From the NCBI GenBank assembly GCA_965219685.1, contig CBDCOH010000002.1:32001-96000 (forward strand): a DNA stretch of 64,000 nucleotides, written 5' to 3'. Positions within the stretch are counted from its first letter, which is position 1, and each line of letters starts with the position of its first letter. Origin of the DNA: Candidatus Spongiisociaceae bacterium. GTDB taxonomy: Bacteria > Actinomycetota > Acidimicrobiia > Spongiisociales > Spongiisociaceae. Made by a program: the position numbers and the translations under genes. Shown piece by piece: positions 30,170-39,132 of the stretch. Below the pieces are notes generated by a model, which saw only the letters and a program-made list of their open reading frames with translations, was not told the origin of the DNA and made no database searches.

Positions 30170-33019
30170 GTGTCCGAGGCGGTAATCGCCTACGACAAGG
30201 ATCTCCCGGAGGTTCCGGGCCGCGTCCCGTGGGAACCGCCGACTTCATACCTGGTTAAGGACGAGGGCGCGCCGAGCGGGTGGCGTGTCGACAACTCCGG
30301 GCGGCGTCCGAGCCAACTCTTGGTGGTCCCGAAGATCCGAGAAGCTGTGGATATTTGGCGGGCCAGTGAGTACGAAGGCGGTTCCGAGGTCACCCGCCGC
30401 CTTTTCCGGTACTGGTTCCACGAGGATCACGAGGTTGCCGGATTCGATGCGCCGTTCCGGTACTGGTTCTGTCAACGTGAGGCTATCGAGACGTTGGCGT
30501 GGCTAATCGAGGTCGACGGTCGGCTGGACACCAAGGAGTTGATCGAGGCCCACGTCGCGATCTTCCAGCGTGACCTGATCTCGAAGAACGTGGAGTTCCA
30601 GACCACCATGGATGGTCGAAGGCAGATCCGCCGTTACGTGCCAGAGTCGGACTCGGAAGGTGTACAGGATCTGCCGCCTGAGAACCTGCCCCGCTTCGCC
30701 TTCAAGATGGCTACCGGCTCAGGAAAGACCTGGGTGATGGCGATGGCCCTGGTGTGGTGTTACTTCCACAAGCAACGAGTACCTGACTCGAACCTTTCCA
30801 CGAACTTCCTTATCGTGGCCCCGAACGTGATCGTGTACCAACGGCTCGAGAAGGATTTCGCGAACAATCGGATATTCCACAAGCTGCCGTTGATTCCGCC
30901 AGAGTGGAGAGGCGGCTTCTCGCAGAGGGTGATCCTGCGCGGGGAGGCCATCGAGCCCGACCCGTCAGGAAACCTGTTCCTCACCAACATCCAACAACTC
31001 TACGAATCTCGGGAACCAGAATGGACCCCTACCAACGCCGTGGACGCCCTACTTGGGAGGAAGCCCGCCCAGAACCTGGCTGTGTCCGGTCAGCGTTCCA
31101 TGCTGGAGAGAGTCAAGTCACTGCCCGATCTCGTGGTGCTGAACGACGAGGCCCACCACGTCCATGACGAAGACCTAGCCTGGACTAGGTCGCTGCTCAC
31201 CGTCCATCAGGAACTCCCGAGGGGTATCAGCACTTGGCTGGATTTTTCGGCCACACCCAGGGACCAGAACGGCATGTACTTTCCCTGGACGGTCTGTGAT
31301 TACCCACTCGCCCAGGCTGTCGAGGACCGGATCGTCAAAGCGCCCCTGATCGTCACCAATGCGGACGACCCGACACAGCCTGCCGATGATCCGAGGCAAG
31401 TCACGAGAGTCAACGCTGTAGAGAAATACGGTTACTGGCTCCGGGCCGCGGTGGCGCGCTGGAAGGAGCACGAGAAGGTCTATAAGGCGCTCTCGGTCAA
31501 GCCGGTCCTCTTCATAATGACAGAGAAGACGCTCTGGGCTAACACTATCGGGGAGTACTTGTATACAACCGAGGAGTTCGGTTTCAAAAAGTCCGAAGTG
31601 CTCATCATCCACACGAACAGCGAGGGCGTAGTCCAAAAGAAAGCCCTTGACCGGGCCCGCAAGGAGGCACGCGATATCGACGAGGCCAAAAGTAGGATTA
31701 AGGTCATCGTTAGCGTGCTGATGCTACGGGAGGGGTGGGATGTACGAAACGTGACGGTCGTGCTCGGATTGCGTCCGTTCACAGCCCGACGGGAAATCCT
31801 CCCCGAGCAGGTGATCGGTCGCGGACTGCGTTTGATGTCACAAGTGAGCCCAGATCGCACCCAGACCCTGGAAGTGCTCGGTACACGAAATCTTCTCGAC
31901 TTCCTGCGCGACAAACTCGAAGCGGAAGGGGTCGGAGTCGTCAGTACAAAGAAGACGCCTCCACTACCGATCACGATCGAACCGGTACTAGAGCGGTTGG
32001 CGTACGACATAGCTATTCCCATTCCCAAGCTGAGTCTGACACACAATGTCCGTAGGCTGTCAGGCTTGGACGTGGACTCGCTTGATGCGATTTTCGACCG
32101 AGAAGACATAGACGAGCGGTACCGAATGCGACTGCGTATGGCGTTTGCTCCCACGGAGACCCACGTCCATCAGGCTGACATAGCCATCGACGATCTTCCA
32201 CCTACCGGAACCATCCTGGCTGGCATAACCAACAAGGTCATAAGTCAGGCCCGACTGACGAATAGTTTCGCCGAGCTGTTTCCGACAGTACATGCTTATG
32301 TTCGCGATCGTTGTTTCGGACGCGAAGTCGATCCAGACGATGAATCCCTGCGCTCCCATCTGAATCGTCTGGAGTTACAGGAGGGGATCGCAGGATACCT
32401 AGCAGCCGAGATCGGTAATCTCACTGTCGAGCGACGCCCCATCGAGTTCGAGAAGGCCGATTTCCGGCTGTCCCAGACGAGGCCTTTCACCTGGCGACGA
32501 GACCTCCCACCGCTGGAGGCGCAGAAGACAGTCTTCAACTATGTGGCCACCTACAATTCCTTCGAGCGTCAATTCGCCGGATTCCTGGATCGCTCTGATG
32601 ACGTGTTGCGGTTTGCAGCGTTGGGTACGACAGAGCAGGGATCTTCAGGGACTGCCTTCCGTGTCGACTACCTGAAGCCAACCGGCGCCATTGGTTTCTA
32701 CTACCCGGACTGGGTGGCCGTTCAGCAGACGGAAGAGGGGGAGGTGAACTGGATCATCGAGACGAAAGGGCGCGTCTGGTACGGCACCGAGGCAAAAGAC
32801 GCCGCCATGAAGAACTGGTGCGAGTCAGTGAGTCGGACGAGCCTCGTGCCGTGGCGGTACCTCCGAGTCAATCAATCCGACTTCCGGCCGGAGGCGGAAT
32901 CGCTCAGGGAGCTCGTTGTCGGGCTCATCGGCGAGGCAATGTTCGCTGAGCGTGACCAACGAGAAACAACCATGTCCCGAGCGGAGATCCGTCAAGCACG
33001 CGACGAAGGCCGTGCATGA
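30170..33019 (+). CDS. res: Type III restriction endonuclease (Res) with extra antitoxin-like C-terminal tail
   Basis: KMATGSGKT, NDEAHH, LREGWD, EQVIGRGLR, YPDWV...IIETKG; ends ...MSRAEIRQARDEGRA. Confidence 0.88.
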   Translation: MSEAVIAYDKDLPEVPGRVPWEPPTSYLVKDEGAPSGWRVDNSGRRPSQLLVVPKIREAVDIWRASEYEGGSEVTRRLFRYWFHEDHEVAGFDAPFRYWFCQREAIETLAWLIEVDGRLDTKELIEAHVAIFQRDLISKNVEFQTTMDGRRQIRRYVPESDSEGVQDLPPENLPRFAFKMATGSGKTWVMAMALVWCYFHKQRVPDSNLSTNFLIVAPNVIVYQRLEKDFANNRIFHKLPLIPPEWRGGFSQRVILRGEAIEPDPSGNLFLTNIQQLYESREPEWTPTNAVDALLGRKPAQNLAVSGQRSMLERVKSLPDLVVLNDEAHHVHDEDLAWTRSLLTVHQELPRGISTWLDFSATPRDQNGMYFPWTVCDYPLAQAVEDRIVKAPLIVTNADDPTQPADDPRQVTRVNAVEKYGYWLRAAVARWKEHEKVYKALSVKPVLFIMTEKTLWANTIGEYLYTTEEFGFKKSEVLIIHTNSEGVVQKKALDRARKEARDIDEAKSRIKVIVSVLMLREGWDVRNVTVVLGLRPFTARREILPEQVIGRGLRLMSQVSPDRTQTLEVLGTRNLLDFLRDKLEAEGVGVVSTKKTPPLPITIEPVLERLAYDIAIPIPKLSLTHNVRRLSGLDVDSLDAIFDREDIDERYRMRLRMAFAPTETHVHQADIAIDDLPPTGTILAGITNKVISQARLTNSFAELFPTVHAYVRDRCFGREVDPDDESLRSHLNRLELQEGIAGYLAAEIGNLTVERRPIEFEKADFRLSQTRPFTWRRDLPPLEAQKTVFNYVATYNSFERQFAGFLDRSDDVLRFAALGTTEQGSSGTAFRVDYLKPTGAIGFYYPDWVAVQQTEEGEVNWIIETKGRVWYGTEAKDAAMKNWCESVSRTSLVPWRYLRVNQSDFRPEAESLRELVVGLIGEAMFAERDQRETTMSRAEIRQARDEGRA

Positions 33020-33411
33020 TGGCCGTTGTTATTGACGCTTCAACGGCGGCCGCGTGGTGCTTTCGTGACGAGGAGGGTACTGGAGAAGCCGACGCTGCTA
33101 TTGCGCGGTTGTCAGTTGAGACCGGGATTGTCCCGGGACTCTTCTGGCACGAGATGCGTAACGTCTTGGTAGTAGCCGAGCGGAGCGGACGGATCACATC
33201 TACAGACGTCGAACGCAACCTGTATCACCTCCGGACGCTACCTCTCCTCACAGACGATGACCAGAGCGACATCGATACGGTGGTTCTAGCGCGACGTCAT
33301 GGTCTGAGCGGCTACGACGCCGCCTACCTCGAGACCGCGAAACGGCACGGTGCAGATTTGGCGACTCTCGACAGGAAGCTCGCAACCGCTTCTGCTCGGG
33401 AAGGTTTGTGA
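33016..33411 (+). CDS. vapC: VapC-family PIN domain ribonuclease toxin
   Basis: VIDAS..AAWCF.DE, WHEMRNVL, LSGYDAAYL, LATLDRKL; ATGA overlap with res stop. Confidence 0.92.
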   Translation: MMAVVIDASTAAAWCFRDEEGTGEADAAIARLSVETGIVPGLFWHEMRNVLVVAERSGRITSTDVERNLYHLRTLPLLTDDDQSDIDTVVLARRHGLSGYDAAYLETAKRHGADLATLDRKLATASAREGL

Positions 33412-33442
33412 TGGACCCAACTCCAACACGTAGGGGCCCGTC

Positions 33443-34747
33443 CTAGCGCTTCCCGCTAACCCTCGCCGCCCAACCGTTCCTGGTCGCATCTGTAGTGACC
33501 GGCAGTGATGCCAGCGATCTGTGGTTGATCGACGCGACCCGGTCGGGCGGGCGACTATCCGCAAGGCGGGCTTCGGGGAACCCTGCCAGGAAGCCCTCGA
33601 CGGCGATCGTCGTCTCGAGGCGGGCGAGGGCGGCGCCTAGGCAGAAGTGGCGGCCGCGTCCGAACGAAAGGTGCGGCACCGAGGAAAAGGTCCGATCGGC
33701 CAGGTAGTGGTGTGGATCGGCGAAGCGGGTCGGGTCGCGATTGGCGGCAGAGATGACCGCGCTCACGGGATCTCCCGCCTTGATGACCGCGTCGCCGAGT
33801 TCAGTGTCCTCGACCGTGAGTCTGCGGAGCCTCGTGATTGATGGCTCGGAACGGAGCGTCTCCTCGATTGCGCCGGGCAGCAAGTCCGGCGAGGTTCGCA
33901 CCTTGTCGAGTTGGTCGGGATGGGTGAGCAGGCAGTGGATGGTGTTCGCTATCAGAGCCGTCGTCGTCTCGTGGCCGGCGATCAGCAGATGGATCGCCGT
34001 GAACAGCGCTTCCTCGAGAGTCATCCGCTCGGAACCCACCAGGGCGGCCAGTTCTGTGAGGAAGTCGTGCTCCGGCTGTTCCGATCGGGCGTCCAGCAGC
34101 CCGAGAATGAGCGATCGCCACTCGACCAGGGACCGGTCGAGGGCGCGGGCGTAGACGGGAACCGGGGCGGGGGTGCCGAAGAACCGGATCACCTCCGCTG
34201 ACCAGATGGGGAACCTACGGCGATCCGGTTCGGGAACCCCGAGCAACTCCGCGATCACGGTGACCGGGACCTGCTTGGCCAGACCGGCTACCACGTCGAA
34301 CTGTTCGTTCCGCAGGCGGGCCTCGTTGATCAGGACGGCGACACGCTCCGAGATGGTGGTACCGAGGTGAGACACGGCCTTGGGTGAGAAGGAAGGGCCC
34401 AGGATGCGTCTCAATCGGGTGTGCTCGGGAGGATCGGTCTGGATCAGGCCCTGCTGGTTGTAGTGATGGCGGAGCGTGCCGACTTCGCGATGGACGGCGG
34501 CGGGCAGCCGACCGATGAACGTCTTGTTGAAACCGAAGTTGGAGAACTCGCCGGGTGAGAGCAGGACCTTCTCGACCAGGTCGTAGGACGTGACGAGCCA
34601 CTGCTCGAGGTAGGGACTCCAGTAGACAGGTGTGGTCTCCTGAAGCCGTTCGTACCAGGTATGGGGGTGGCGCGCGAACGCTCCCGAGGCCAGGGCCTCC
34701 TCGATCCGATCGATGGGTTCAGGCTTCGTCGCCAATGGTGGCCCCAC
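33443..34747 (-). CDS. Cytochrome P450
   Basis: DPPEHTRLR, AGHETT, EETLR, FGRGRHFCLG heme ligand; start uncertain (34735-34747). Confidence 0.95.
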   Translation of the reverse strand: MGPPLATKPEPIDRIEEALASGAFARHPHTWYERLQETTPVYWSPYLEQWLVTSYDLVEKVLLSPGEFSNFGFNKTFIGRLPAAVHREVGTLRHHYNQQGLIQTDPPEHTRLRRILGPSFSPKAVSHLGTTISERVAVLINEARLRNEQFDVVAGLAKQVPVTVIAELLGVPEPDRRRFPIWSAEVIRFFGTPAPVPVYARALDRSLVEWRSLILGLLDARSEQPEHDFLTELAALVGSERMTLEEALFTAIHLLIAGHETTTALIANTIHCLLTHPDQLDKVRTSPDLLPGAIEETLRSEPSITRLRRLTVEDTELGDAVIKAGDPVSAVISAANRDPTRFADPHHYLADRTFSSVPHLSFGRGRHFCLGAALARLETTIAVEGFLAGFPEARLADSRPPDRVASINHRSLASLPVTTDATRNGWAARVSGKR

Positions 34748-35588
34748 CGAGCAGCCGGCGTGGATTGACCTCGCTGATAGTCCGCCAGGAACTGCTGGTG
34801 AGGTTGGAGGCTCTGAGAGCAGCCACGTACTGCTCGATGTTGACAGCCGGGTACGAGGTGGCGAAGAGCATCCGATCGCGCAGGTACCCGTTGGCCGCGG
34901 CGGTGTAGTCCGCCTGGCCGGGCATATTGGCCCAGTAGAGATCCGGCATCACCCACACATTCGGCCGCCGCCATGCCACTCCGAGCATTTCGGTCACCCA
35001 TGGCCAGCCGCCGTGGACAGCCACGACGTCTAACCGGGGGAAGTCCCGGGTCATCCGGTCGAGGACCAGCGGCGATGCATAGGAGATATCGGGGTTGGCG
35101 TCGCCCCCCGTGATGAAGACGGGCAGTCCCATCGAAGCGACGCGCTCGTAGATCGGGTAGAGGCTCGGGTCATCGGCATGGAGAGGGGGATCGTGGAGCC
35201 CGGGTTCCACGGCGATACCGGCAAAGCCCAACTTCTCGCACGCGGCAAGGTCGGTGGCCGCGTCGGTGGGCGTCATCCGTACGCAACCGACTCCAAGGAA
35301 GCGATCGCCATGTGCACTGACGAAGCGCGCAACCGACTCGTTGGATGTGCCGCCCACCGTGTCGTTGTGGATACGGGCGAACACCACCGCCTGGCCGATA
35401 CCCGCGGCCGTCATCTCCTCGTTGAAGGCGGCCATGGAACGGAGTCTGATGGAGGCGGGAAGGTCGTAGCCGCGTCTCCGAAGCACCGCGGAAGCCCAGT
35501 CGGGTGACGCGAACATGCGCTGTGACAGGAATTCGTCCGCGGGCGGGCGGGCTCTCATATCTATGGCGCGGGGCGGCATGCTATCCAC
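34719..35588 (-). CDS. Amidohydrolase_2 family protein
   Basis: LYPIYE, VHGGWPW, MLFATSYP. Confidence 0.85.
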   Translation of the reverse strand: MDSMPPRAIDMRARPPADEFLSQRMFASPDWASAVLRRRGYDLPASIRLRSMAAFNEEMTAAGIGQAVVFARIHNDTVGGTSNESVARFVSAHGDRFLGVGCVRMTPTDAATDLAACEKLGFAGIAVEPGLHDPPLHADDPSLYPIYERVASMGLPVFITGGDANPDISYASPLVLDRMTRDFPRLDVVAVHGGWPWVTEMLGVAWRRPNVWVMPDLYWANMPGQADYTAAANGYLRDRMLFATSYPAVNIEQYVAALRASNLTSSSWRTISEVNPRRLLGGATIGDEA

Positions 35589-35688
35589 CTAGCGGTCTGT
35601 GGGCAACATCAAGACACAGTGTGCGCCGACGCGACGGGCATCGAAGGCAGGCCCGAGCAGGCTGAGTTGTTATTGGGCAGACCGCTAG
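35589..35688. mobile_element. 100-bp MITE-like element bounded by inverted repeats CTAGCGGTCTG...CAGACCGCTAG
   Basis: Perfect 11-bp inverted repeat with CTAG at both ends; no ORF. Confidence 0.5.
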
Positions 35689-36236
35689 CCCCATTTGGCT
35701 GCGGGAGGGGAATCACCGCTGGGGAGTGGGACGACATCCCACGGGTGGTACGACTCGAAGATGCGGGAGTGGAGTTCGGCCTCTGCGATCGCCCAGAGGA
35801 TGCTCCACTGCCGCCGGGCATCGGCTTCAGTCGTGACCTGGAAGGGCCAGTCACCGGCATCCGAGCCGGCTAGATGGCCGTGGGTCCAGCCGTCGTGGAA
35901 GTGCGCGCGGATAGTGATCGGGCGTACCGCCTTACCAGCCTCGATCCTGTGCGTAGCCGCTCGCTGTTGTGGCCACGAGAGTTCCCACCGAGCCTCGAGG
36001 TTCTGTCCGGAATCGACGATGGGACCTTCGATCCTGCCGGCGCCGGAGAGCATCACCTCGTTGAACCGCTGCAGAACCTCCGCCACGACCCGGCTGAGCA
36101 GGTGTACCGCCTGGTGGAATACGTCCTCGCGTTCCGAACGGTCCCGAGCGCCCTCGTAGGTGTCGGTGCGAAGGTCCATCAGGTGGCGCTGGTAGTCCTG
36201 GGCTCGCAGATCCTGCAAGTCGGTCGGCGGGTTCAA
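35685..36236 (-). CDS. Hypothetical protein
   Basis: 183 aa ORF with GGAGG RBS; HGHL..S..GDWPFQV motif; no family recognised. Confidence 0.7.
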   Translation of the reverse strand: MNPPTDLQDLRAQDYQRHLMDLRTDTYEGARDRSEREDVFHQAVHLLSRVVAEVLQRFNEVMLSGAGRIEGPIVDSGQNLEARWELSWPQQRAATHRIEAGKAVRPITIRAHFHDGWTHGHLAGSDAGDWPFQVTTEADARRQWSILWAIAEAELHSRIFESYHPWDVVPLPSGDSPPAAKWG

Positions 36237-36286
36237 TCCTCAATCCCTCCTGGCCCCCAGGGCGTCTCCTCGACCCGCCTATAATA

Positions 36287-36303
36287 GATCAAAATCTTTG
36301 ATC
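36287..36303. promoter_or_regulatory. Palindromic operator candidate GATCAAA-ATC-TTTGATC between divergent genes
   Basis: 7-bp arms, AT-rich, next to TATAAT. Confidence 0.45.
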
Positions 36304-36407
36304 GATCACGAATCCTGGGTGACGATTGGTGGCTCATGAAGAAGGCTATACGATGAATGTGGTGTGTTGGAGCGTGGGGTGCGCGGTCGGCAGGGAACGG
36401 ATCGTCC

Positions 36408-36830
36408 ATGATTGAATTGGATCCGCAGCGTCGAACGATCGACGTTGCGATCACATGCCACGACTTCGAGGCCTCGCTGGAGTTCTACAGGGACACGCTC
36501 GGATTCGAGGTGGTGGTCGACACGCAGATCTCCGAGGAAGTGGCGACCGGGATCGGACTTGCATCGAGCGGCTTCCACCAGGTAAGGCTCCAGGCCGGTG
36601 GCACGCTGATCAAGCTGATGGATATAGAGCCGCCGCCTCCCGCAGCCTCGCACGAGTTCGCGGCGGGTGTCCGCTGGCTGACCATCTACGTGAAGGACAT
36701 CCGGGCCGTGATATCAGATCTGTCGGAAAAGGGCGTGGAGTTCCTGGCCGAACCGCTTACGGGGAAGCACGCCACCGCGGTAGCCGCGACCGGCCCTGAT
36801 GGGCTGCTGATCGAGTTCGCCCAGGTCTGA
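36408..36830 (+). CDS. VOC/glyoxalase family protein
   Basis: FYRDTLGF, GPDGLLIEF. Confidence 0.85.
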   Translation: MIELDPQRRTIDVAITCHDFEASLEFYRDTLGFEVVVDTQISEEVATGIGLASSGFHQVRLQAGGTLIKLMDIEPPPPAASHEFAAGVRWLTIYVKDIRAVISDLSEKGVEFLAEPLTGKHATAVAATGPDGLLIEFAQV

Positions 36831-37006
36831 GCGCCTCAATCCCCTGCTCGTCTCCGGCGTGCAGGATCGTGACCGGCGAGAGTTCCGCTGTCAAAGCGCG
36901 GCCGGTACCTGCGTGGTGCTCGGGCGGCCGTCCCGAATCGCGCTACGGTACGATTCTGGCCTGCGGGGCTAGTCCCTGTGGTTTGGTGTCATAAGGAGGT
37001 TGTGAA

Positions 37007-37792
37007 ATGGGCCGGCTCGACGACAAGGTGGCGGTGGTAACCGGATCGTCTCGCGGTCTCGGGGAAGGGATCGCCCGGCACCTGGCCGCCGAAGGTGCGG
37101 CCGTGGTGTGTGCCGATGTGCTTGACGCCTCCGAAGTGGCCGCATCATTGCCCGCCGCACCCTCGGGCGCTCGCGCCGCGGCCGTCCACCTCGATGTCAC
37201 CGACAGTGGCCGGGTTGAGGAGGTCATGCGCGACGTCGCCGCCGAGTACGGGAGTCTCGACATCCTCGCCAACAACGCCGGGGTTGCGCAGCCGATCGCC
37301 GAGGTGATCGACACGTCCGACGAGGTGATCGACCAGGTTTTCGCGGTGAACGTGCGGGGGGTGATCAACTGCTCCCGGTCTGCGGCGCACATCATGAAGG
37401 AGAACATGTGGGGCCGGATCATCAACACCGCCTCGCAGACGGGGAAGGTGGCCTGGCCGGGTTGGGGCATCTATTCGGTCTCCAAGTTCGCGGTGGTCGG
37501 ACTCACCCAGGTGATGGCTCTCGAGCTCGCGGCCTACAACATCACCGTCAACGCCATCTGTCCCGGCACGATGTTCACCAATATGACCAGGACCGGTTTC
37601 GGCATGGCTGCGCAGATGGCGGGCAGGGAACGCGAGGACCTGCTCGCCGAGCACATCGCCACCATCCCGATGCAGCGTCTGGGAACCGCGGACGACATCG
37701 GGGCGATGGCGGCCTTCCTGGCTTCCGACGACGCCAAGTTCACGACGGGCGCCAGCCTCAACCTGACGGGCGGCGAGCAGGTCTTTTTCTAG
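37007..37792 (+). CDS. SDR family oxidoreductase
   Basis: TGSSRGLG, NNAG, YSVSK, VNAICPG; AAGGAGG RBS. Confidence 0.92.
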   Translation: MGRLDDKVAVVTGSSRGLGEGIARHLAAEGAAVVCADVLDASEVAASLPAAPSGARAAAVHLDVTDSGRVEEVMRDVAAEYGSLDILANNAGVAQPIAEVIDTSDEVIDQVFAVNVRGVINCSRSAAHIMKENMWGRIINTASQTGKVAWPGWGIYSVSKFAVVGLTQVMALELAAYNITVNAICPGTMFTNMTRTGFGMAAQMAGREREDLLAEHIATIPMQRLGTADDIGAMAAFLASDDAKFTTGASLNLTGGEQVFF

Positions 37793-37831
37793 GACTCCCG
37801 GCATCCGGCGACCGGCCCTGAACGTGATGCC

Positions 37832-38944
37832 ATGAGCGGGATGCGTGCCGCCGTCTACCACGGCGCCCGCGACATCAGGATCGAGGAGATCGGTGTTCCC
37901 GAGCCTGGACCCGGAGAGTTGCTCCTCGAGGTGCACGCAGCCGGAATCTGCGGCACGGACGCATCCGAGTGGGATCACGGACCGATGATGTTCCCCGTGT
38001 CCGAGCGCAACCAGTGGTCCGGTCATGCAGGTCCGATGGTTCCCGGTCACGAGTTCGGCGGGCGGGTGGTCGACCGCGGCCCCGGCGTGGAGGGTTTCCC
38101 GGACGGCACGCTGGTGGCGAGCGGCGCCGGAGTGTCGTGCGGATCGTGCGGTCCGTGCCGGGCGGTCATCACCAACTTCTGCGAGCGATACTTCACGGTG
38201 GGCCTGCAGAGGAACGGAGCCCTGGCCCAGTACGTGGCGGTTCCGGCGGGCGTCTGCCTGGATGTGGGTGAGTTGGGCCTCGACGACGACGGGGCCGCCT
38301 TGGTCCAGCCCATGTCGATCGCCCTCCACTCTCTCCGCCGGGGCGAACCGGATCGCGGGGACTCCGTGGTCGTGATCGGGATCGGTGGGGTTGGCGCCTT
38401 CCTGGTCTACGCGGCCGCCCGGTCCGGCCTGCGGGTGTTGGCCGCCGATCTCGATCCGGAACGCCTGCGGATCGCCGCTGCACTCGGCGCTTCTCTCACC
38501 CTCCAGGTCGACCCGGATGAACCCCTGGCCGGCCAGCTGGCAAGCGCTCTCGGAGGACGGGCTGCCGCTGCCTACGAGGTGACGGGAGTCCCTTCGGTGC
38601 TGAACGCGGCGCTCGATGTGGTAGCGCCGCGGGGGCGGGTGGTGGCGATCGGGCTCGGCGCGGCGCCCGTGCCGGTCGATGTGCGGTCCCTCACGCTGCG
38701 GGAGCTGTGCCTGGTGGGCACCAACGCCCACGTCTTCGCGGCCGACTTCGCTGATGCCGCCCGGCTGGTGGCGAGCCGCGCCGCGGGTTGGTCCGACGTG
38801 GCGCCGGTCGCCCTGCCCCTCGACCGCGTGGTGGCCGACGGGCTCCGTCCGATGGTGGACCGGAAGCCCGAGCGGATCAAGACCCTCGTCGACCCCTGGA
38901 CGACCACCATCCGACCGGCGGCAGGAATAGTGAATAGTGAATAG
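37832..38944 (+). CDS. Zinc-dependent alcohol dehydrogenase (butanediol/threonine dehydrogenase-like)
   Basis: ICGTD, GHEFGG, CGSCGPC...C, GIGGVG. Confidence 0.92.
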   Translation: MSGMRAAVYHGARDIRIEEIGVPEPGPGELLLEVHAAGICGTDASEWDHGPMMFPVSERNQWSGHAGPMVPGHEFGGRVVDRGPGVEGFPDGTLVASGAGVSCGSCGPCRAVITNFCERYFTVGLQRNGALAQYVAVPAGVCLDVGELGLDDDGAALVQPMSIALHSLRRGEPDRGDSVVVIGIGGVGAFLVYAAARSGLRVLAADLDPERLRIAAALGASLTLQVDPDEPLAGQLASALGGRAAAAYEVTGVPSVLNAALDVVAPRGRVVAIGLGAAPVPVDVRSLTLRELCLVGTNAHVFAADFADAARLVASRAAGWSDVAPVALPLDRVVADGLRPMVDRKPERIKTLVDPWTTTIRPAAGIVNSE

Positions 38945-38989
38945 TGAATAGTGAATAGTGAATAGTGAATAGTGAATAGTGAATAGTGA
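38925..38989. repeat. Heptamer tandem array (GAATAGT)x9
   Basis: Perfect units; supplies last codons and TAG of the ADH gene. Confidence 0.95.
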
Positions 38990-39029
38990 GAAGCTATATA
39001 CGTTAGCAGTGATTAAGTAGATGTGGTAG

Positions 39030-39078
39030 CCACCACTCACGACTCACCACTCACGACTCACCACTCACGACTCACCAG
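39030..39078. repeat. Heptamer array alternating TCACGAC/TCACCAC, opposite orientation to 38925-38989
   Basis: Directly visible; 14-bp higher-order period. Confidence 0.9.
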
Positions 39079-39132
39079 CCACCACCACCAGCTAGCTAAA
39101 ATCGACCGCGGCCCGACTGAAAGGTGGTTCCC

